A DNA stretch of 62,461 bases, the filler included, from Rhabdomonas costata (lineage: Eukaryota), in the NCBI GenBank assembly GCA_019059605.1. It is 29 parts of 29 records of this genome, joined end to end, with 100 filler letters (N's around TTAATTAATTAA, not from the genome) between each part and the next. Parts side by side here need not be neighbours in the genome. Positions count along the whole stretch, not along the records: positions 58,250 to 60,305 come from JAHMHO010006032.1; positions 60,406 to 62,461 come from JAHMHO010006033.1; 27 more parts are not named here. One strand, written 5' to 3'. Positions 59,470 to 62,461 of the stretch are shown in pieces. Every line of letters starts with the position of its first letter. Positions within the stretch are counted from its first letter, which is position 1. Made by a program: the position numbers and the translations under genes. A model generated the notes under the pieces. That model searched no databases. It saw only the letters and a program-made list of their open reading frames with translations, and was not told the DNA's origin.

Positions 59470-62461
59470 CTGATGAATCGCGTTGGGGCTGCGAGCCTCC
59501 CTCGGTCTTCGTCACTTCCATCAAACTTCCGTGCAGTGCTGTCCTTTTGCCAAGGAGTATGTCTTGTTGTTCGTCGTTCGTGTAAAGACAACTCGAAGAA
59601 TTGAAGAGTGTGCTTCACTGTGCATGACAAGTTCTGTGTTCCAAATTGTGTGCCCGTGTGCCAAATTACTGTTCCGCTGGAGCGAGGGAAGCAGATCTGG
59701 AGGCATGGATTCTGTTGGTGTCGGCAGACTTGTCGTTTCCACGTTATTGTCAGTCAGAGAACTACGTGTTGGGTGAATAAAAGTTTGGGATTGTAATTTA
59801 GGAGCCAACATTTTTCAGTCTACTTCGGTTGTACGAGCCAAACACAGCTGTGTTGAGCGCTGCCTAAGGTGCTGGCCTTTTCCCTGTGGACTCGGGAAGC
59901 AATCCCACCTATTTTCTCAGTGAACTTTTTTGGTCGCACTGAAATGAACTGCTGCGAGTTCTGTCTCGCCGGTACGGTGAGCTCCCCAACTCTGCCCGCG
60001 CTCACGGCAACTCTGCTGGGGCTGTGTGGCACCCAGGCCCCTTTTGTTTGCTGGGAGCGGGGCTTCGCTCACCACCTTTCCTTGGGTGTGTCTCGAGAAA
60101 AAAAAAAGAAAAGATGAAGGTAACGCAAGATGATGGAGGTCATGTTTTCCTGTTCATTTGGAAGAACCGCCAATGGTTGTCGTAGCAAATTGTTACACAA
60201 AGAGCCCTTTTGGCTTGCCACGCCAGAACATCACAATTAGCCCCACCACACCCACACTCAGCACATTCATACCGGCTAGACACAAAACCCCAAACACCCC
60301 AACACNNNNNNNNNNNNNNNNNNNNNNNNNNNNNNNNNNNNNNNNNNNNTTAATTAATTAANNNNNNNNNNNNNNNNNNNNNNNNNNNNNNNNNNNNNNN
60401 NNNNNAAGTGTTGAGATAACGACTTAGAGGTTTTGGGTGGCTAGAGTCGCTCAGTAGCAGTTGGATGGACTGGGAGTCCAGAATGTCCCCTGTTAGGTGC
60501 TATGCGTACACGTGGTGTGTTAGTAGAAGCTTGTGCAGAGGTGATACTAATACTTCAACTTCTTAACTAATATCAAATTTGGTTACTGCGCTCTCTCCAG
60601 CGTTCTCTGATACTCCGCTGTTGATGATCTTTCATCCATTTCTCTTGGTTCGTTCCAGTGTTTCCAAGATTGCTTCTCTCAGCACTGGTCTGCTTTTTAC
60701 CTGCTGGCAATTTATACAAAACGAATCTGCCGCTGGGATTGACTGTATTTCAAAGACTCCAATTTGGCTCTACTATGATCAATCTCCTCTTTCAGTCCAC
60801 AAACGGCATCAAGCGCATCAAAAAATGGTGGCATAATAAAATGCGTATAGTAGACCACTCTCACCACATACAAACTTACAAAAGAGTCAGACGCCACCGA
60901 ATACAGGAGCGCTCTCACCTGGTTCCGTCCCACAACCATTGGCAATAAAAGCAATGGTTGATGCGGAGGCGTATCATTTAAGTTCTCCAAGCACACGTCA
61001 CCATATAAGTCCATTTTTAAAACCAAAACAAAACAAAACAAAGTGGAAAACAAAGTGTCTCCTCTAAACACATCTTTTTGCCACTCAAACTCTACCTCTG
61101 ATTGAATTTGTAACGGCGGTTGGTCAACACACAGTTCCCATAAAAGCGGCGAGTCGCCAAACATCATCGAATCCAAAATCATTAGTATTTCGCTGTTTTC
61201 TCTGCTTCCAGGATCCAATGCAATGATTTTTGGTTGTTATAAGGGTTTTCTGTGGAATTCCCATGATGCTTCAATGTTTTTCTGAAAACACAAAAGCTTT
61301 TTTGTCATCACATTAGCCTCCATGTGCGTCTCCAACACTTGAATGAAAGGTACCTCAAGTACACGTGGTGAACAAAAGTAAAACCCCTCAACACATTGGC
61401 TCCAAGTGTCATATTGGCTCCATATCCTGCAGTTTCCTCAGTGCTACTGTATCTCTACCTGCACAACACTCTGACTTAAATGGTATGTCTGCTACAATGC
61501 GTTAACTTGGTAGACCTTTATTGAACGGTGAGTTCTAACTTGGCAAACATCTGCAACCACATGTAACGAAGTGTATTTGGTACTTTGGTGCGTTCCCCAT
61601 CACTTGTGAAGGAAACAAACCTATGATACTACGTGTCAGTGGTATCAATAAGCCACAAACTCAGCATTGTGTGAAATTATATCATGTGCTACCACGTAAG
61701 TGACAGCAAAACAAAGCTTCACGACACCAAAACCTACCACTCTGCTACAATGTGTCAGATGGCACGGCGGGCTCGAACAAAATACGTGACTCATGCGACT
61801 TCCACGCGTCGCCCATTCAATACGCCCCACACCACCCTTACATCTTCCAGAAGATGAAGAGCGCAGTGACAACCAAGCATACATTTAATATCATGAGCCC
61901 ATGTGATTATGCTACCAACAACCCGTCAAAATCCGACACCCTTCTTCTATACGTTTCACTCCTCTCACTCCACCTCCATTAGGCGCTTACGTTCGATCCG
62001 TCCTGGCGTAACCGTAGCAAATACCATCAGCATGTGTTCTGATATCGAGGGCATGTCTGAGTGAAGCAAAGGCATGACCGAGTAGTGGAAGTGAAGAGCG
62101 CACAGCATATAGGATTGCAACCTTTACTCTCACTCTCACTCTTCAACATCCCTCATAGCGTAGGAATACCTGTACACATCATGATTAAGATTGTGGATGT
62201 AAAAAGAGGAATATCAGCAGCATTAATCATGCCTACTGTAACATGGCAGGCATCAATGGATGGAGTAGAAGGAGATGGATTAGACATCAAGCATAAGGTG
62301 GAAGCAAGCATCTCTGTCTCTGCATCCCCACTCAATCTGTTACACACACTCTCACTCTTACTCCTACTTTTATTCTCACTAGCGGTATTAATGCGCGTAA
62401 GGATACCAGTAGAAGAAGAAGCATCAACTAATGGAGCATTAATATCACTAGAAGCAAAAAA

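Noticed and set aside
2060-60405. Regularly spaced identical TTAATTAATTAA repeats resembling a CRISPR or satellite array
   Set aside because: They sit inside N-runs and carry stops in all six frames. They are synthetic linkers, and ORFs ending in X...LIN are artefacts of them.
60712-61560. Possible decayed Tc1/pogo-like transposase on the minus strand
   Set aside because: Only vague fragments (LKHHG, RKP) are present and no DDE triad can be recognised.
1-62461. Reading the gene set as an operon, gene cluster or defence island
   Set aside because: The contigs are independent and appear ordered by length, so adjacency carries no biological information. The genes are eukaryotic and intron-containing.

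Overview
This window is not one locus. It is 29 unrelated eukaryotic contigs of about 2.05-2.07 kb, each joined by an artificial 100-nt spacer (N-run, TTAATTAATTAA, N-run), so gene neighbourhood across spacers means nothing. The contigs come from an intron-rich, flagellated, mitochondriate protist. A euglenozoan, probably a euglenid, is my inference and is not proven. Splicing exons by hand gives partial genes for: Erv1, a Spinster-type MFS transporter, a DegT/StrS sugar aminotransferase, a TPR protein, a HAS1/DDX18-family helicase, bestrophin, an AIG2-like GGCT, two divergent mitochondrial carriers, MCM-BP, an RNI-like LRR protein, a cAMP-receptor-like 7TM protein, a WD40 protein, a bacterial-type class III cyclase, an SGNH/PC-esterase, CTL/PNS1, axonemal p28 and several unknown proteins. 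Mobile DNA includes a dead Ty3/gypsy pol, the 5' end of an LTR element with an apparently bipartite tRNA-Leu primer-binding site, three relics that look like tyrosine recombinases, a MITE and at least four short dispersed repeat families. The most notable signal is the introns: they keep GT/GC-AG ends, have almost no other splice consensus, and in several cases the 5' end is complementary to sequence just upstream of the acceptor. All family calls come from motif recognition by eye; no database search was run.
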